Shown here piece by piece: positions 29,841 through 39,971 of a stretch of DNA of 64,000 bases; position 1 is the first letter of the stretch, and the number at the start of each line of letters is the position of its first letter. This DNA is from Methanocella sp. (GTDB lineage Archaea; Thermoproteota; Bathyarchaeia; Bathyarchaeales; Bathycorpusculaceae), in NCBI GenBank assembly GCA_050261115.1, contig JBLNCY010000006.1:1-64000 (forward strand). Direction: 5' to 3'. Below the pieces are notes generated by a model, which had not been told where the DNA came from, ran no database searches, and saw only the letters and a program-made list of their open reading frames with translations. The position numbers and the translations under genes were made by a program.

Positions 29841-30148
29841 TATTCGTTCGCCTCTTCTTTAGGTTTTGCGGGGTTATTGCGTTTCTGGATGTACTCAGGT
29901 TCAACAAGTTTGGCCTGAGCTGCGGATTTGTAAACGTTGGCCACTCCTTGGGTGATGGTGGTTCCGGTTTTTGTGCGCATGTGCTTAATGTAAACTACAT
30001 CATCGCCAGTCTTCATTTCGGTGGCAACGGCTTTCTTAACTTCCAACCTTTGAGGAGTTTTTTCTTTTGGACCTGAAACTATTGTGAAGCCTACTTCTGT
30101 CCGTTTCAGAAGTGGATTCTCCTTGGTTGCTTCAATTTTGATCTGCAT
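29840..30148 (-). CDS. rps24e: 30S ribosomal protein S24e
   Basis: ENPLLKRTEV, TPQR, VEPEYI..RN. Confidence 0.95.
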   Translation of the reverse strand: MQIKIEATKENPLLKRTEVGFTIVSGPKEKTPQRLEVKKAVATEMKTGDDVVYIKHMRTKTGTTITQGVANVYKSAAQAKLVEPEYIQKRNNPAKPKEEANE

Positions 30149-30191
30149 TAATGTTCACTTAAGGCGTAAGTTCATACAATGTTCGGCTTAT

Positions 30192-30719
30192 TTAGCTTTT
30201 CGAAGCTTTCATCTCTTTTAGGAACTGATTTACCTGTTCTTTCTTCGTTTCTGTAACTTTTACGACTACAATACCCAAGTGTGGTTGCCCGTAGATGACA
30301 AAACTGTCTATCGGCGCATACAACACCGCTATTAAGGTCAGCAAGTCCTCCTCGCCCTCCACCTCGATGTGGGTATGCATGTTGGAATCCAGAGCAGCCT
30401 TTACTGCCGAGATAGCTTCTGCAGTTATGGTTCCCTGCGGGTTAGCCACACTAACTGTGTTATCAACTGGCTCCTGTTTGGGCATCACTTGATTACGTAG
30501 GGAAACATTATCGATAATTGATAACTGCGGATGCATACCAAACTTGTGAAGATTCTGGGTAACAACGTCACCAACCGATATTATGCACGGAGGTTTTTCT
30601 TGCTCGACGAGTTCTCTGAGGGTAGCCATGGTTTCTTGAGGGGTGCCAGAGATTAGTGTACCAAAGGGGTTCTTTAGAAAAACCCTCAGCCTTGGGGTCA
30701 GCGTGAATTCTACTGTCAT
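30192..30719 (-). CDS. DUF359 GTP-dependent dephospho-CoA kinase family
   Basis: SVGDVVT, NPQGTI, VEGEEDLL, YGQP..G; position between spt4 and rps24e. Confidence 0.9.
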   Translation of the reverse strand: MTVEFTLTPRLRVFLKNPFGTLISGTPQETMATLRELVEQEKPPCIISVGDVVTQNLHKFGMHPQLSIIDNVSLRNQVMPKQEPVDNTVSVANPQGTITAEAISAVKAALDSNMHTHIEVEGEEDLLTLIAVLYAPIDSFVIYGQPHLGIVVVKVTETKKEQVNQFLKEMKASKS

Positions 30720-30783
30720 CAGGAATGCCTTATGAGTAGAACAAGAGGGCGGTAGGTTAAGAATCTACCGAGGGAACGCGGGT

Positions 30784-30969
30784 TTAGCGGACTTTTAGGG
30801 CGTATTTGCCTTTCTCTTTGATGTTCATGGCTTTGGCAACTGCAGAATGTTCAGGGTCGAACATTACTACTAAGCCGCTGAAGTCTTCGCTAAAGCTTGT
30901 GGATTTGCATTTTGGGCAGACATTTTCTTTGGTGATGAAGTGGCAGTTAGTGCAGGCTTTCTCACTCAT
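30784..30969 (-). CDS. spt4: transcription elongation factor Spt4 (RpoE2)
   Basis: AC..C...CPKC Zn site, GKYALKVR. Confidence 0.95.
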   Translation of the reverse strand: MSEKACTNCHFITKENVCPKCKSTSFSEDFSGLVVMFDPEHSAVAKAMNIKEKGKYALKVR

Positions 30970-30981
30970 ACCCTAACCTCC

Positions 30982-31566
30982 TTAAGCTTCCTTTGTGGGG
31001 GCTTCAGGCTTCTTTTCTGCGCCTCTGCCTTGGTCTTCTTTGAGCCAATCAAGCTTGCCTAGGAAGGGTTGCCTTGCGGTGATGCCGATTTTGCCAGAGC
31101 TGCCTGCGCGGCCCAGTGAGACTGCAGTGATTCGTGCGCGGACTTGATCGCCTGAAGATAGTTTACGTTTTGATTCTTTGCCTAATAGGACGCCTTGTTT
31201 TTCGTCATAGCTAATGTAGTCGTCCATTAGCTGGCTGACGTGGAGTAACGCGTCGACTGGCCCGATGCGTACGAATGCACCGAAGTCGGCGATTTCAACT
31301 ACGTCGCCTTCTATGACTTCCTGTATTATTGGGTAGAAGGTTAGAAGTGAAAAGTTTACTTTATGGTAGGTTGCGCCGTCGCCTGGGATGATTTTGCCAA
31401 TCGGGCTAACCTCTATGCCTGTTACAGCTATAACGTAACCTAATTCTTCATCCACTATGCCCTCGTATTTCTGTTTAACTTGGTCGCGGCCAACCTTCTC
31501 CAGTGGGTTGCCGAACGTTTCGGGCGGGATGCGAATGGTGTCTTGAAGAGTAATCAGTTTAAACAT
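30982..31566 (-). CDS. rpoE: RNA polymerase subunit Rpo7/E
   Basis: IRIPP..FG, GDGATYH, FGAFVRIGP.DALLHVSQ, KIG.T.RQP.LGK. Confidence 0.96.
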   Translation of the reverse strand: MFKLITLQDTIRIPPETFGNPLEKVGRDQVKQKYEGIVDEELGYVIAVTGIEVSPIGKIIPGDGATYHKVNFSLLTFYPIIQEVIEGDVVEIADFGAFVRIGPVDALLHVSQLMDDYISYDEKQGVLLGKESKRKLSSGDQVRARITAVSLGRAGSSGKIGITARQPFLGKLDWLKEDQGRGAEKKPEAPTKEA

Positions 31567-32031
31567 CTACGATATCAACCCGTCAATGTCTAGACGCGAT
31601 TTTTGTCTCAGATAAATCACTGGCACACTTATATCTCTTAGCCTCCGCCGCAATACTCTATCATTTGTAACCACGGGTACACCCCAGTTTTTGGAAACCC
31701 GCAAAATAACATCATCCACTAATTCCCCTTCTTTGGCTTCCACTGTAACGGGGGTGCATTTCTCGGCTAGGCGTAGCGCAAAGTTGGCTTGTCGACGCAG
31801 TTTTGGTTCCTCGCATAACGCAAGTGTCTCCAGTTCAAGTTTAACGGGCGAGAGCAAAATGAACTCGATGTTGCGGTTTAGTATGCGTCTGATTTCCTCA
31901 AATATGTCGATTTTGAACTCTAAGGGGACAAAAAAGGCGTTTGAATCCAAAATTACCTTGAGGGCTTCTGTCTTTCTGTGTTGAGCCGCCACATGCTTTG
32001 GCTCCATACAGGTTATGCCTCTTTTATGCAT
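31567..32031 (-). CDS. PIN-domain protein (Fcf1/Utp24-like)
   Basis: VILDSN, VDD.I, VVTND..LRRRL..VPVIYLR. Confidence 0.85.
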   Translation of the reverse strand: MHKRGITCMEPKHVAAQHRKTEALKVILDSNAFFVPLEFKIDIFEEIRRILNRNIEFILLSPVKLELETLALCEEPKLRRQANFALRLAEKCTPVTVEAKEGELVDDVILRVSKNWGVPVVTNDRVLRRRLRDISVPVIYLRQKSRLDIDGLIS

Positions 32032-32112
32032 AAAGCTTTTTGCTATAACAGGCGTTAGTTATACTTTAAATATTAAGAATTTATGAATTGTGACAGTTAG
32101 GGTGATTGATGG

Positions 32113-32544
32113 GTGCTTCATGAAAAGTCATGCGGTGCAGTGGTTTATGTTAACAATCAAGAGAAAACAAGGTATTTGCTACTGCACTATGCAGCGGGGC
32201 ATTGGGATTTTGTGAAGGGCAATGTGGAGCTGGGCGAAACAGAGAAGCAGACTGTAACCCGAGAGTTGCAAGAGGAAACAACAATCACTCAAGCTCAGTT
32301 CATTGACGGCTTTCGGGAATCCATCAATTACTTCTATCGTCGTCAGGGTTTAACTATCAATAAAGAAGTGGTTTTTTTCATAATTGAGTCCCAGACTGAT
32401 AAGGTAGAGGTGTCCTTTGAGCACGTCGGCTTTGTCTGGCTTGATTATCAGCATGCCATGGACAAATTAACGTTTAGAAGCTCAAGGGATGTGCTGCAGA
32501 AAGCACACGATTACCTACTAAAGAAAAGTTTAGTTAGAGATTAA
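32113..32544 (+). CDS. Nudix hydrolase, Ap4A-hydrolase-like
   Basis: EKSCGAVV, GHWDFVKG.VE.GE.....RELQEET Nudix box, SFEH. Confidence 0.9.
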   Translation: MLHEKSCGAVVYVNNQEKTRYLLLHYAAGHWDFVKGNVELGETEKQTVTRELQEETTITQAQFIDGFRESINYFYRRQGLTINKEVVFFIIESQTDKVEVSFEHVGFVWLDYQHAMDKLTFRSSRDVLQKAHDYLLKKSLVRD

Positions 32545-32557
32545 AAGAAGAGATTGT

Positions 32558-33805
32558 TTATTTTACTATGCCGTATCCGATGAGTCTCCATCGGGCAGTG
32601 ATTTTTCTGCTGATAGCAACCCGGCTACCGGGTAAGGCACAGATAGGTCTTGTTAGCTTAACCTTGACTTGGTTTTGTTTGATGTTTATGACTTTGCCGA
32701 CGTTGACTGCTGCGCCTATGTGAAGTAAAAGAGCTTCATCGGGGTTGATTTTCTCTACCTTAAGTTGCTCTTTAGTCCCAACTACGCGTTCTAGCACATG
32801 AGTTTCCATGGTGATCTCGTTTACGGTGGGAGGTAGTTTGCCGGTTTTTCCCACTACGCTGCCTGTTAGGCCGTCTGCTTTGGAGTATGATGGGTCAAGA
32901 AGTGTGCCAACACCAATTAGGCCGCCGCATGTAGCTTCTTTAACTTGCTGGGCACCTGAATGTAAGCTTACAATTTCGCTAATGAGTGGGTCATAGACTG
33001 TTTTGCCTTCACGTTCGACCATGATGCCGGGGCGGATCTCGATTTCGTCACCAACGGCGAATTTGCCTTGAACAATGGTGCCGCCGATGATACCGCCTTC
33101 GAGGTCATCGATTGTTGTGCCTGGCTTGTTGATGTCAAAGGAGCGGATGATGTACATGAGTGGCGCAAGGTCAGGGTCGCGGTGGGGAGTGGGGATGAAG
33201 GTTTGGATGGCGTCTAGTAGGACATCGATGTTGATCATGCGTTGTGCAGAGATGGGGATTATTGGCGCGTTTTCTGCTACGGTGCCTTTGACGAAAGCTT
33301 TGATTTCTTTGTAGCTTTCGAGTGCGCGTTTCTGGTCGACGATATCGACTTTGTTTTGTACAATGATTATGTTTTTTACGCCTGATACTTCGGCTGCTGC
33401 GAGGTGCTCACGGGTTTGGGGTTGCGGGCAGGGCTCATCTGCTGCGATGACAAGAATGGCGCCGTCCATGATAGCTGCGCCGCTTAGCATGGTTGCCATT
33501 AAAGCTTCATGGCCAGGCGCGTCTACAAAGCTGATGGCTCGGACAAACTCTGCGGGGCTATCGCAGGCTTGGCAGACGGGGTAGATGGTATAGTTTCTGG
33601 GCGGGGGGCATTTGGGGCATTTGTAGATAGGCATGTCTGCGTAGCCTAGTTTGATGGTGATGCCGCGTTTTAGTTCTTCGCTGTGGCGTGAGGCCCATGT
33701 GCCGGTTAATGCTTGGACAAGGGTGGTTTTGCCGTGGTCAACATGACCTATGGTGCCTATGTTGACTTCTGGCTGTTTTGGTAGAGCCTTAATAGCGTTA
33801 CTCAT
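32558..33805 (-). CDS. eif2g: translation initiation factor aIF2 gamma
   Basis: GHVDHGKTT, RGITIKLGY, DAPGHE, QNKVD, WRLIGYG. Confidence 0.97.
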   Translation of the reverse strand: MSNAIKALPKQPEVNIGTIGHVDHGKTTLVQALTGTWASRHSEELKRGITIKLGYADMPIYKCPKCPPPRNYTIYPVCQACDSPAEFVRAISFVDAPGHEALMATMLSGAAIMDGAILVIAADEPCPQPQTREHLAAAEVSGVKNIIIVQNKVDIVDQKRALESYKEIKAFVKGTVAENAPIIPISAQRMINIDVLLDAIQTFIPTPHRDPDLAPLMYIIRSFDINKPGTTIDDLEGGIIGGTIVQGKFAVGDEIEIRPGIMVEREGKTVYDPLISEIVSLHSGAQQVKEATCGGLIGVGTLLDPSYSKADGLTGSVVGKTGKLPPTVNEITMETHVLERVVGTKEQLKVEKINPDEALLLHIGAAVNVGKVINIKQNQVKVKLTRPICALPGSRVAISRKITARWRLIGYGIVK

Positions 33806-33896
33806 AGTATCTCTTCTTTGTGTGATAAGTACTTGGAGTGATAAAAGGAATTAATTATGGAGTTTATAAGTTTTAAGCATGCTCAGAGCTTAAAAA

Positions 33897-34307
33897 TTAA
33901 GCTTCTGCAGCAGCTTCTTCTTGCTTAGCAGCGGGTTTGGCTAATGGAGCGGCTCCAGCGGGTCTTTCCACGATTTTTAAGTTAATCTGGACGATCTCGT
34001 CTGTAATGATGTCGCCGCGGACGACTTTACGTTTGCGTTGGCCCTTCCTTTTGGGTTTGAAGCCTGTGCCGCCGCTTAGAACTACTGCTCTTCGGACACC
34101 GCCATGGACGTTTGATCTCATGGGGATGCCGTCTTTGTCAGATCCGCCTGTTACTTGGATTTTGTGAGCTGGTAAGTCAACTATTGCGCCGTCTAGGGTT
34201 TCGCCTATTTTTTTGCCGATGAATGGGCCTGCGCGTGCCTCTTCGAGCTCTACTACTTTGGATGCTCCCGATTGTGGATCGGAAACTATGACTTTGAACT
34301 TTGCCAT
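33897..34307 (-). CDS. rps6e: 30S ribosomal protein S6e
   Basis: TGGSDKDGIPM, G.RKRK.VRG. Confidence 0.96.
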   Translation of the reverse strand: MAKFKVIVSDPQSGASKVVELEEARAGPFIGKKIGETLDGAIVDLPAHKIQVTGGSDKDGIPMRSNVHGGVRRAVVLSGGTGFKPKRKGQRKRKVVRGDIITDEIVQINLKIVERPAGAAPLAKPAAKQEEAAAEA

Positions 34308-34464
34308 TGAATCTTATCTCCAGCGCATATGAAGTTAAAAATCTCTCTATTAAGGATTTAGCCCGAAAACGATTTCAATCATCTTTTGAGGTGGTTTTCG
34401 GAATCACTTGACACCATCAGGGGTTAGTTCTGTTTTTACGTCTGCGCTTGTGACGATAGCGGCT

Positions 34465-34523
34465 TCTGTTGCTTTGCCATAGACTCCCCTCCCTTATATA
34501 TAGAACCAACCTTAGGTTGAACT
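34465..34523 (-). repeat. dispersed intergenic element copy 4
   Basis: Minus strand AGTTCAACCTAAGGTTGGTTCTATATATAAGGGAGGGGAGTCTATGGCAAAGCAACAGA. Confidence 0.85.
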
Positions 34524-34651
34524 CTACTTGAGAAACGCACGCAGAATCCGCTATTCAGAGCAATGCTCCTAGCGTATAACAACTTTCAAGGCAGCACTCA
34601 TATAAAAAACAAAAGAAAGAGGGTAGCGAGGCGGGGCTCGCGTCTCTTGGT

Positions 34652-36091
34652 TTATTCGGTGTGGACTCGGTATAGGTCGATGTCTTCGCGCATTGTCGGT
34701 GTCAATTCGAGGAAGTCTCTGACTGCACGTTCAATGTCTTTGCTCTGTGTGACGTATCTGCCGACGATGAGGATGTCTGCGCCTTTCTCGAGTGCTTCTT
34801 TGGCTGTTTCTGGAACGATGCCGCCTGCGACTGCGATTAGGAATTTCTTGTTGGGGAACGCTTCACGGATGAGTTTTATGCGTTCAAGTCCGCTGCTTCG
34901 GCCGGTTTCTTGGTCGATGCCTCTGTGGAGTATGACGATGTCGGGTAACTCTTTAATTGACCTAAGTTTCGCCAAGACGTCGTCTACGTTTAGCATGTCG
35001 ACGACTGCGTAGATACCGAGGCGTCGGGCTTCTTGTATGGTTGCATCCAGGGTTTCTGCGGGGCCGATGCCTGCTGCTACAACTGCATCAGCGGTGTCTT
35101 CGTATGCTATGTCAACTTCGACTTTGCCTACATCGAGGGTTTTAAGGTCTGCGATGACGAATTTGTCTTTGGCCATGGCGCGGATGTCGTTTATAACGCG
35201 TGTACCATAGCGTTTGATCATTGGGGTACCGACTTCAAGGATGATTCGGTCGCTCCCAGGCAAGTTCTCGATGACTTTCTTTGCACCTTCAAGCGATGGT
35301 GCATCCAAGGCGATCTGGAGGTAAGGGGGTCGCCATAGGCGCGGAACTTTAAAGCCCATAATCGGGTGCTTTGCGCGGTCCTTGTCGTAGTTGACTTTGT
35401 CTATTGGCGGGTACTTCTTGATTGCACGTTGGAGCGCCATCTTGGTTGCGCCGTAGTTGTATTGGTAGATTTTACGGTAATCAGTTGCTTGAGGATGAAT
35501 GAACACGCTGGCGATGATTACCCATTCGTCGAGTTTTGCCGCTGGGATGACGCCTTCTTCGGCTGCATCGGCGATCGCTTTGGCGACTGCTGCCTGTGCG
35601 GGGCCAAAGATTTTGCCTGTATCCTCCATGTTTTTAACGGTTACTTTTGGCACGATTAAGGTGTGTGGCTTAGGCGGCAAGTTAGGACGCACAACGGCTA
35701 GCAGGGGGGTGTGTCCTGCGGATAGAGTGGTCAAGCCCATAGCGAATGCTTGACCGACTGGGCCGTTTTTGTCGCCTACCATGAGGTCAACATGGGCTAC
35801 CTCGTTACCTTCACCCACCAGGGATTCGCCGATGAGGTAAGTTGGGCTTGAAGCCTCGTTTGCGTCGTCAGTGGCTGTCGGCATTTTATCGACGATTTCT
35901 TTGAAGTCGACATTAAACTCTTTTAGCCACGAATAAAGTGTGTCTCTGTGAATATCCATTTCTTTTGCGGTACCGATGATTGTCGGTTTTGTCGGCTTAC
36001 CTTTTGAGCCGACCTCTTTTTTAGCCGCTTCTGTGAGCATTTTTATAAATTCTTCGCGTGAGACTGGTTTTTTAGCATCCATACCCGACAT
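34652..36091 (-). CDS. fae-hps: bifunctional formaldehyde-activating enzyme / 3-hexulose-6-phosphate synthase with extra N-terminal HTH
   Basis: Fae: [26 protein letters not shown]; Hps: [26 protein letters not shown]; N-terminal [19 protein letters not shown]. Confidence 0.92.
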   Translation of the reverse strand: MSGMDAKKPVSREEFIKMLTEAAKKEVGSKGKPTKPTIIGTAKEMDIHRDTLYSWLKEFNVDFKEIVDKMPTATDDANEASSPTYLIGESLVGEGNEVAHVDLMVGDKNGPVGQAFAMGLTTLSAGHTPLLAVVRPNLPPKPHTLIVPKVTVKNMEDTGKIFGPAQAAVAKAIADAAEEGVIPAAKLDEWVIIASVFIHPQATDYRKIYQYNYGATKMALQRAIKKYPPIDKVNYDKDRAKHPIMGFKVPRLWRPPYLQIALDAPSLEGAKKVIENLPGSDRIILEVGTPMIKRYGTRVINDIRAMAKDKFVIADLKTLDVGKVEVDIAYEDTADAVVAAGIGPAETLDATIQEARRLGIYAVVDMLNVDDVLAKLRSIKELPDIVILHRGIDQETGRSSGLERIKLIREAFPNKKFLIAVAGGIVPETAKEALEKGADILIVGRYVTQSKDIERAVRDFLELTPTMREDIDLYRVHTE

Positions 36092-36296
36092 ATATTAATC
36101 CTCAGTCGGTCCTTGTATCAGCGCTGATATATAAGACTGTCGGATGCCCAGTGGGAATATGTGTTAAGTACCTGCCATGTTTACGCGGATTTGTCGATTT
36201 AGCGTCTTTTTGTTTAGCGGGGTTCAGCAGAGCATGTTTGCTCTAAATCTTTATATCCCAATGGCCCGCATTGAATGCTAACTCACAGGGATCACC

Positions 36297-36527
36297 ATGT
36301 CAAAAATTGATTTGTTACTAGTCGCAGCGTTCATTTCAGGTCTTCTGCTTTTCCTCTACGGCGCCAACATATACAACGCCGTGGTGGGCTACAGCGGCAT
36401 CTATCTCTGCATTGGAGCCGTCGCCACATATATCATCATATACATCTACAAAGAACTCAAAAAAAGAGAATCCTGTGAGGTTCCCGCGCCAGCTCCAGAG
36501 CCAGCGTCACCTCAGACACAAGTTTAG
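36297..36527 (+). CDS. small two-TM membrane protein
   Basis: Two hydrophobic segments, basic then Pro-rich tail. Confidence 0.6.
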   Translation: MSKIDLLLVAAFISGLLLFLYGANIYNAVVGYSGIYLCIGAVATYIIIYIYKELKKRESCEVPAPAPEPASPQTQV

Positions 36528-38107
36528 AAACCATAGAAGCTACTGTACTTCGTGTTTAAGTACCGAATAAACGGCGCCGAATCCAATTCTGATCCTGTTG
36601 CCTGCTTGATGAGGTCTTGGGGATCATAGAGGTTGCCTTTGAGGTGTATGTTCTCTTTTAGCCACAAATTAATCGCGGCTAGGTTTCCCTCTGCGAGTTG
36701 ACTGCGCCAATCCGGCAACGCCCCAGCCAATGCATCAATTATCATGCCATCATAGATGTTTCCCAATGCATAGCTGGGGAAGTAACCGTAGAGTCCACTT
36801 GCCCAATGCGTATCCTGCATAACACCCTCCGAATCGTCTTTAACTTCTACACCAAGGTACTCTTGGTATTTCTGGTTCCAAACCTGCGGCAACTCATCGA
36901 TTCCGATTCTGCCGGCAAATAGGTCGCGTTCAAGCTCGAAGCGTATGATTATGTGGATACTGTAGGTAACTTCGTCGGCTGCTATGCGGATTTTCGAGCG
37001 CCCAACCCGATTAATAGCCCTAACAAACGTGTTTAAGTCGAGGTTTGATAGGCTTGGCGCGATCTGCTGGGCCTTGGGTAGGAACCTGCCCCAGAACTCG
37101 GAGGAGCGTCCGATGATATTTTCGTAGAATCGGGATTGCGATTCGTGGACGCCGTAGCTGGCGGGGCTGCCCACGGGTTGATACATCCAGGCAGGGTTGA
37201 GGTTTTGCTCATAGATGGCATGCCCGGTCTCGTGTAGCACAGAGAAGATGGAGCTGGTGCAGTCTTGGGGGTAGTAGTGGGTGGTTATTCGTACGTCTTG
37301 GTAGTAGCCGCTTGTGAAGGGATGCTCAGTTTCATCCACTCGCCCCGCCGCGTCGGATGAGTTGGCGTCATAACCCAATGTTTGAGTAATTAGCTGGGTG
37401 AGTCTGCGTTGCTCCTCAACGGGGGCACAGGGCGGTTTTTTTGTTTGCGGCGGCTGAACTTTCTCGATTTTCTCAACAAGCGGCCTCAAACCCGCCAAGA
37501 GCTGTGTGAAGGTGGCGGTTATGGTTTGGGCAGACATTTGGGGTTCATAGTTGTCGATGAGCGCTTCATAGGGCGTCTTGGTCTGCTTGATTTTCATTAG
37601 GACCTCGGCTGCTTCCACAGTGAGGTCAAAGAGTTTTTGCAGGTCGGGTTTGAAGAGGCTATAATCTTTCTTTGCCTTGGCCTTTTTCCAGGCATCCACA
37701 GTTATGGCTTCCTGTTTAGCTAAGTCGCCCACGAGTTTCTCAGGTAGGGCGGTTTGCTCTAGATAGCTTTTGTTGATGAGGTAGATGTTGCGTTTCTCTA
37801 CTTGCCCCAGTACGGGGTACTCTGGGCTAGCCTGGATGGTTTGGAGAAGCTGGCCTATTTGGGGGTTTGTGGCCAGTTTATGGTTAAGGCGGCTCAGTAG
37901 GGCTAGTTGTTCGCTGCGTTGGTTTACCGCTCGAGGCGGCATCATGGTTTCCATGTCCCAGTGGAGGATACCCTGTGCCGTGGAGAGCACGATGGTTTCT
38001 TTGGTTTTTGCTAAAAGTTCCCTGTAAACTTGAGTTATGTCTGCTGTCAAGTGCTGTTCATCCCAGTTCTCAGAAGAATAGTCTGCTTTATTTACATTAA
38101 GTGCCAT
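36524..38107 (-). CDS. carboxypeptidase, M32 family
   Basis: HPF, DVRITT, HETGHA.YEQ, HESQS, IR..ADE, GVMQD.HW, GYFPSY. Confidence 0.95.
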   Translation of the reverse strand: MALNVNKADYSSENWDEQHLTADITQVYRELLAKTKETIVLSTAQGILHWDMETMMPPRAVNQRSEQLALLSRLNHKLATNPQIGQLLQTIQASPEYPVLGQVEKRNIYLINKSYLEQTALPEKLVGDLAKQEAITVDAWKKAKAKKDYSLFKPDLQKLFDLTVEAAEVLMKIKQTKTPYEALIDNYEPQMSAQTITATFTQLLAGLRPLVEKIEKVQPPQTKKPPCAPVEEQRRLTQLITQTLGYDANSSDAAGRVDETEHPFTSGYYQDVRITTHYYPQDCTSSIFSVLHETGHAIYEQNLNPAWMYQPVGSPASYGVHESQSRFYENIIGRSSEFWGRFLPKAQQIAPSLSNLDLNTFVRAINRVGRSKIRIAADEVTYSIHIIIRFELERDLFAGRIGIDELPQVWNQKYQEYLGVEVKDDSEGVMQDTHWASGLYGYFPSYALGNIYDGMIIDALAGALPDWRSQLAEGNLAAINLWLKENIHLKGNLYDPQDLIKQATGSELDSAPFIRYLNTKYSSFYGF

Positions 38108-38202
38108 AGCAGCGCTTTACTGTTACTGGGACAACGGAGGTACCTATGAGTTAGTGATGGCTTGCTTGCAAAACCTTTTATTCTCCTACCACTGAATTTC
38201 AG

Positions 38203-38892
38203 TTGAGGACTTTTGAATTGAGTTCTAATGCAGATACAAGTAAAATGATAGCGGCAATCGGCGCATTACTTCTATTCCTAACCATCATACCAGGAGCAGG
38301 CATAATTGGCATCATCCTACTTTTCATCGGGCTCAAAGGCTTATCAGACTACTACAGTGATCAAAGCATCGTTGGAAACGCATTCAAAGGCTTAATCTTT
38401 GGCATAATCGGCTCCATCGCAGCTACAGCGTTATCAGCAACAACCATATTCGGATTATTCACCATCGCCCCAGTTACTAACGGCATCTTGGCATTCTTGG
38501 GCACCATCGCATTAACCATCGTGATCTTGATTGTGGCATTCATATTCTACGTATTAATGGCCATGAACTTCAGACGAGCATTCAACACATTAGCCCAGCG
38601 TTCAGGCGAAAACATGTTCCGCACAGCAGGAACCCTCCTCTGGTGGGGAGCAATCCTAACAATCATATTCGTCGGCATAATTCTAGTCTGGATAGCCTGG
38701 CTAATCCTAGCGATCGCCTTCTTCTCAATGAAACTAGCGCCCACACAAGCCTACACACCACCATACCAAGCCCCTCCGCCACCACCCTCAGGCACAGCAG
38801 CAGCGACAAGATACTGCCCCAACTGCGGCGCCCCCGTAGACGCAAACGCCACCTTCTGCCCAAACTGCGGAAAACCGCTTCCGCCACCCTAA
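38203..38892 (+). CDS. DUF996-like membrane protein with C-terminal double Zn ribbon
   Basis: Multiple TMs, F.TAG.L..WGAIL, Pro-rich linker, CPNCG...FCPNCG. Confidence 0.8.
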   Translation: MRTFELSSNADTSKMIAAIGALLLFLTIIPGAGIIGIILLFIGLKGLSDYYSDQSIVGNAFKGLIFGIIGSIAATALSATTIFGLFTIAPVTNGILAFLGTIALTIVILIVAFIFYVLMAMNFRRAFNTLAQRSGENMFRTAGTLLWWGAILTIIFVGIILVWIAWLILAIAFFSMKLAPTQAYTPPYQAPPPPPSGTAAATRYCPNCGAPVDANATFCPNCGKPLPPP

Positions 38893-38894
38893 CC

Positions 38895-38911
38895 TTTTCT
38901 TTTTATTTTTT
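38895..38911 (+). terminator. T-rich terminator-like tract
   Basis: TTTTCTTTTTATTTTTT directly after the stop. Confidence 0.5.
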
Positions 38912-39058
38912 GTAGCTACTCACCAGTAACCACATAGATTTATGAACAAAACAAACAGGCATTAAGTTGAAGTGTAAACCATGAACACCACACCATTTTT
39001 TCCCTGCAGATCAAATCCCCCCCGGGCACCCCCAGTCCCAAAAGAACCACTAGATACG

Positions 39059-39181
39059 ATGCCTAGGAGTAATCTTGTCTGTGAAATATGCGGAAAAGTC
39101 TTCAAGGTACATAGCGAGCTTGACAGACATAAAGAGAACGCTCACGGAACACCCGAGAAAACACACCTCACACGCCACTAA
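39059..39181 (+). CDS. C2H2 zinc-finger microprotein (40 aa; alternative start 38981)
   Basis: MPRSNLVCEICGKVFKVHSELDRHKENAH fits C-x2-C-x3-F-x5-L-x2-H-x4-H. Confidence 0.7.
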   Translation: MPRSNLVCEICGKVFKVHSELDRHKENAHGTPEKTHLTRH

Positions 39182-39211
39182 ACACAACAAAATTTGTATA
39201 AAGGAGAGTAG

Positions 39212-39286
39212 TGCTCCGGCCGGGATTCGGACCCGGGTCACCGACTCGAAAGGCCGGTATACTTGACCGGACTATACTACCGGAGC
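39212..39286 (-). tRNA. tRNA-Glu(UUC), no intron, CCA not encoded
   Basis: GCTCCGG/CCGGAGC acceptor, anticodon arm CCGGC-CT-TTC-GA-GTCGG, T arm CCGGG-TCCGAAT-CCCGG. Confidence 0.93.
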
Positions 39287-39356
39287 ATGCAATAGTCCGA
39301 GGCACAAGCAAAATACAAACTCTTATGAATAAACCTTGCTCTTCCAGAGACAAAAA

Positions 39357-39896
39357 TTAGCTTTCAAGTTTCCTCTGCTTACCTTTTTTGGCGACCGTTT
39401 TGGGGGCAAACAGATGGCCCGTAATCTGGTCTACAAGCTTGGATTGGTTATTATAGGTCTCTTCAAGCTTCGCAACCCGCCTCTCTAGGTCGCTTGATAG
39501 GATACGGCCCTCGATGCGGTTTGAGCTACGAAACATTAGCATCATCTTGAAAATCTCTGAAATTGCCTTATCCTGATCTTGAGCTGAAGCAGGCTTGATG
39601 CCCGCGACGATGGAGAGCAAGTCGATGTAGTGCTCCTTGATTTTAAGCTCAGCAGTTAGGGAAGGATCGTTTGGGAACGCGATATTTAGGGGGGTTTTCT
39701 TTGCAAGCTCCGCTGCCGTGGGAAACCTTATAATAATGTCGCCGCGAATCCATGAGGAGACGAATTCATGCACAAACTGGCGGACCTGCTCCTTTGAGTA
39801 AAGCGCTGACGGCCCGGCTGGCTGTTGGGGTTCTTGCTTTCGCTTGATCCGCACGTTAATTATTTTTTTGTCATCTGCATTCACTGGATTAGACAT
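39357..39896 (-). CDS. hypothetical protein with C-terminal short coiled coil
   Basis: 179-aa ORF filling the gap; LERRVAKLEE. Confidence 0.65.
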   Translation of the reverse strand: MSNPVNADDKKIINVRIKRKQEPQQPAGPSALYSKEQVRQFVHEFVSSWIRGDIIIRFPTAAELAKKTPLNIAFPNDPSLTAELKIKEHYIDLLSIVAGIKPASAQDQDKAISEIFKMMLMFRSSNRIEGRILSSDLERRVAKLEETYNNQSKLVDQITGHLFAPKTVAKKGKQRKLES

Positions 39897-39971
39897 AATT
39901 CCCCCTCATGTACTTCTCTTATGTATATTCACCTAATCAAGCACTAGTATATAAAAAACACATGCCCTTGT

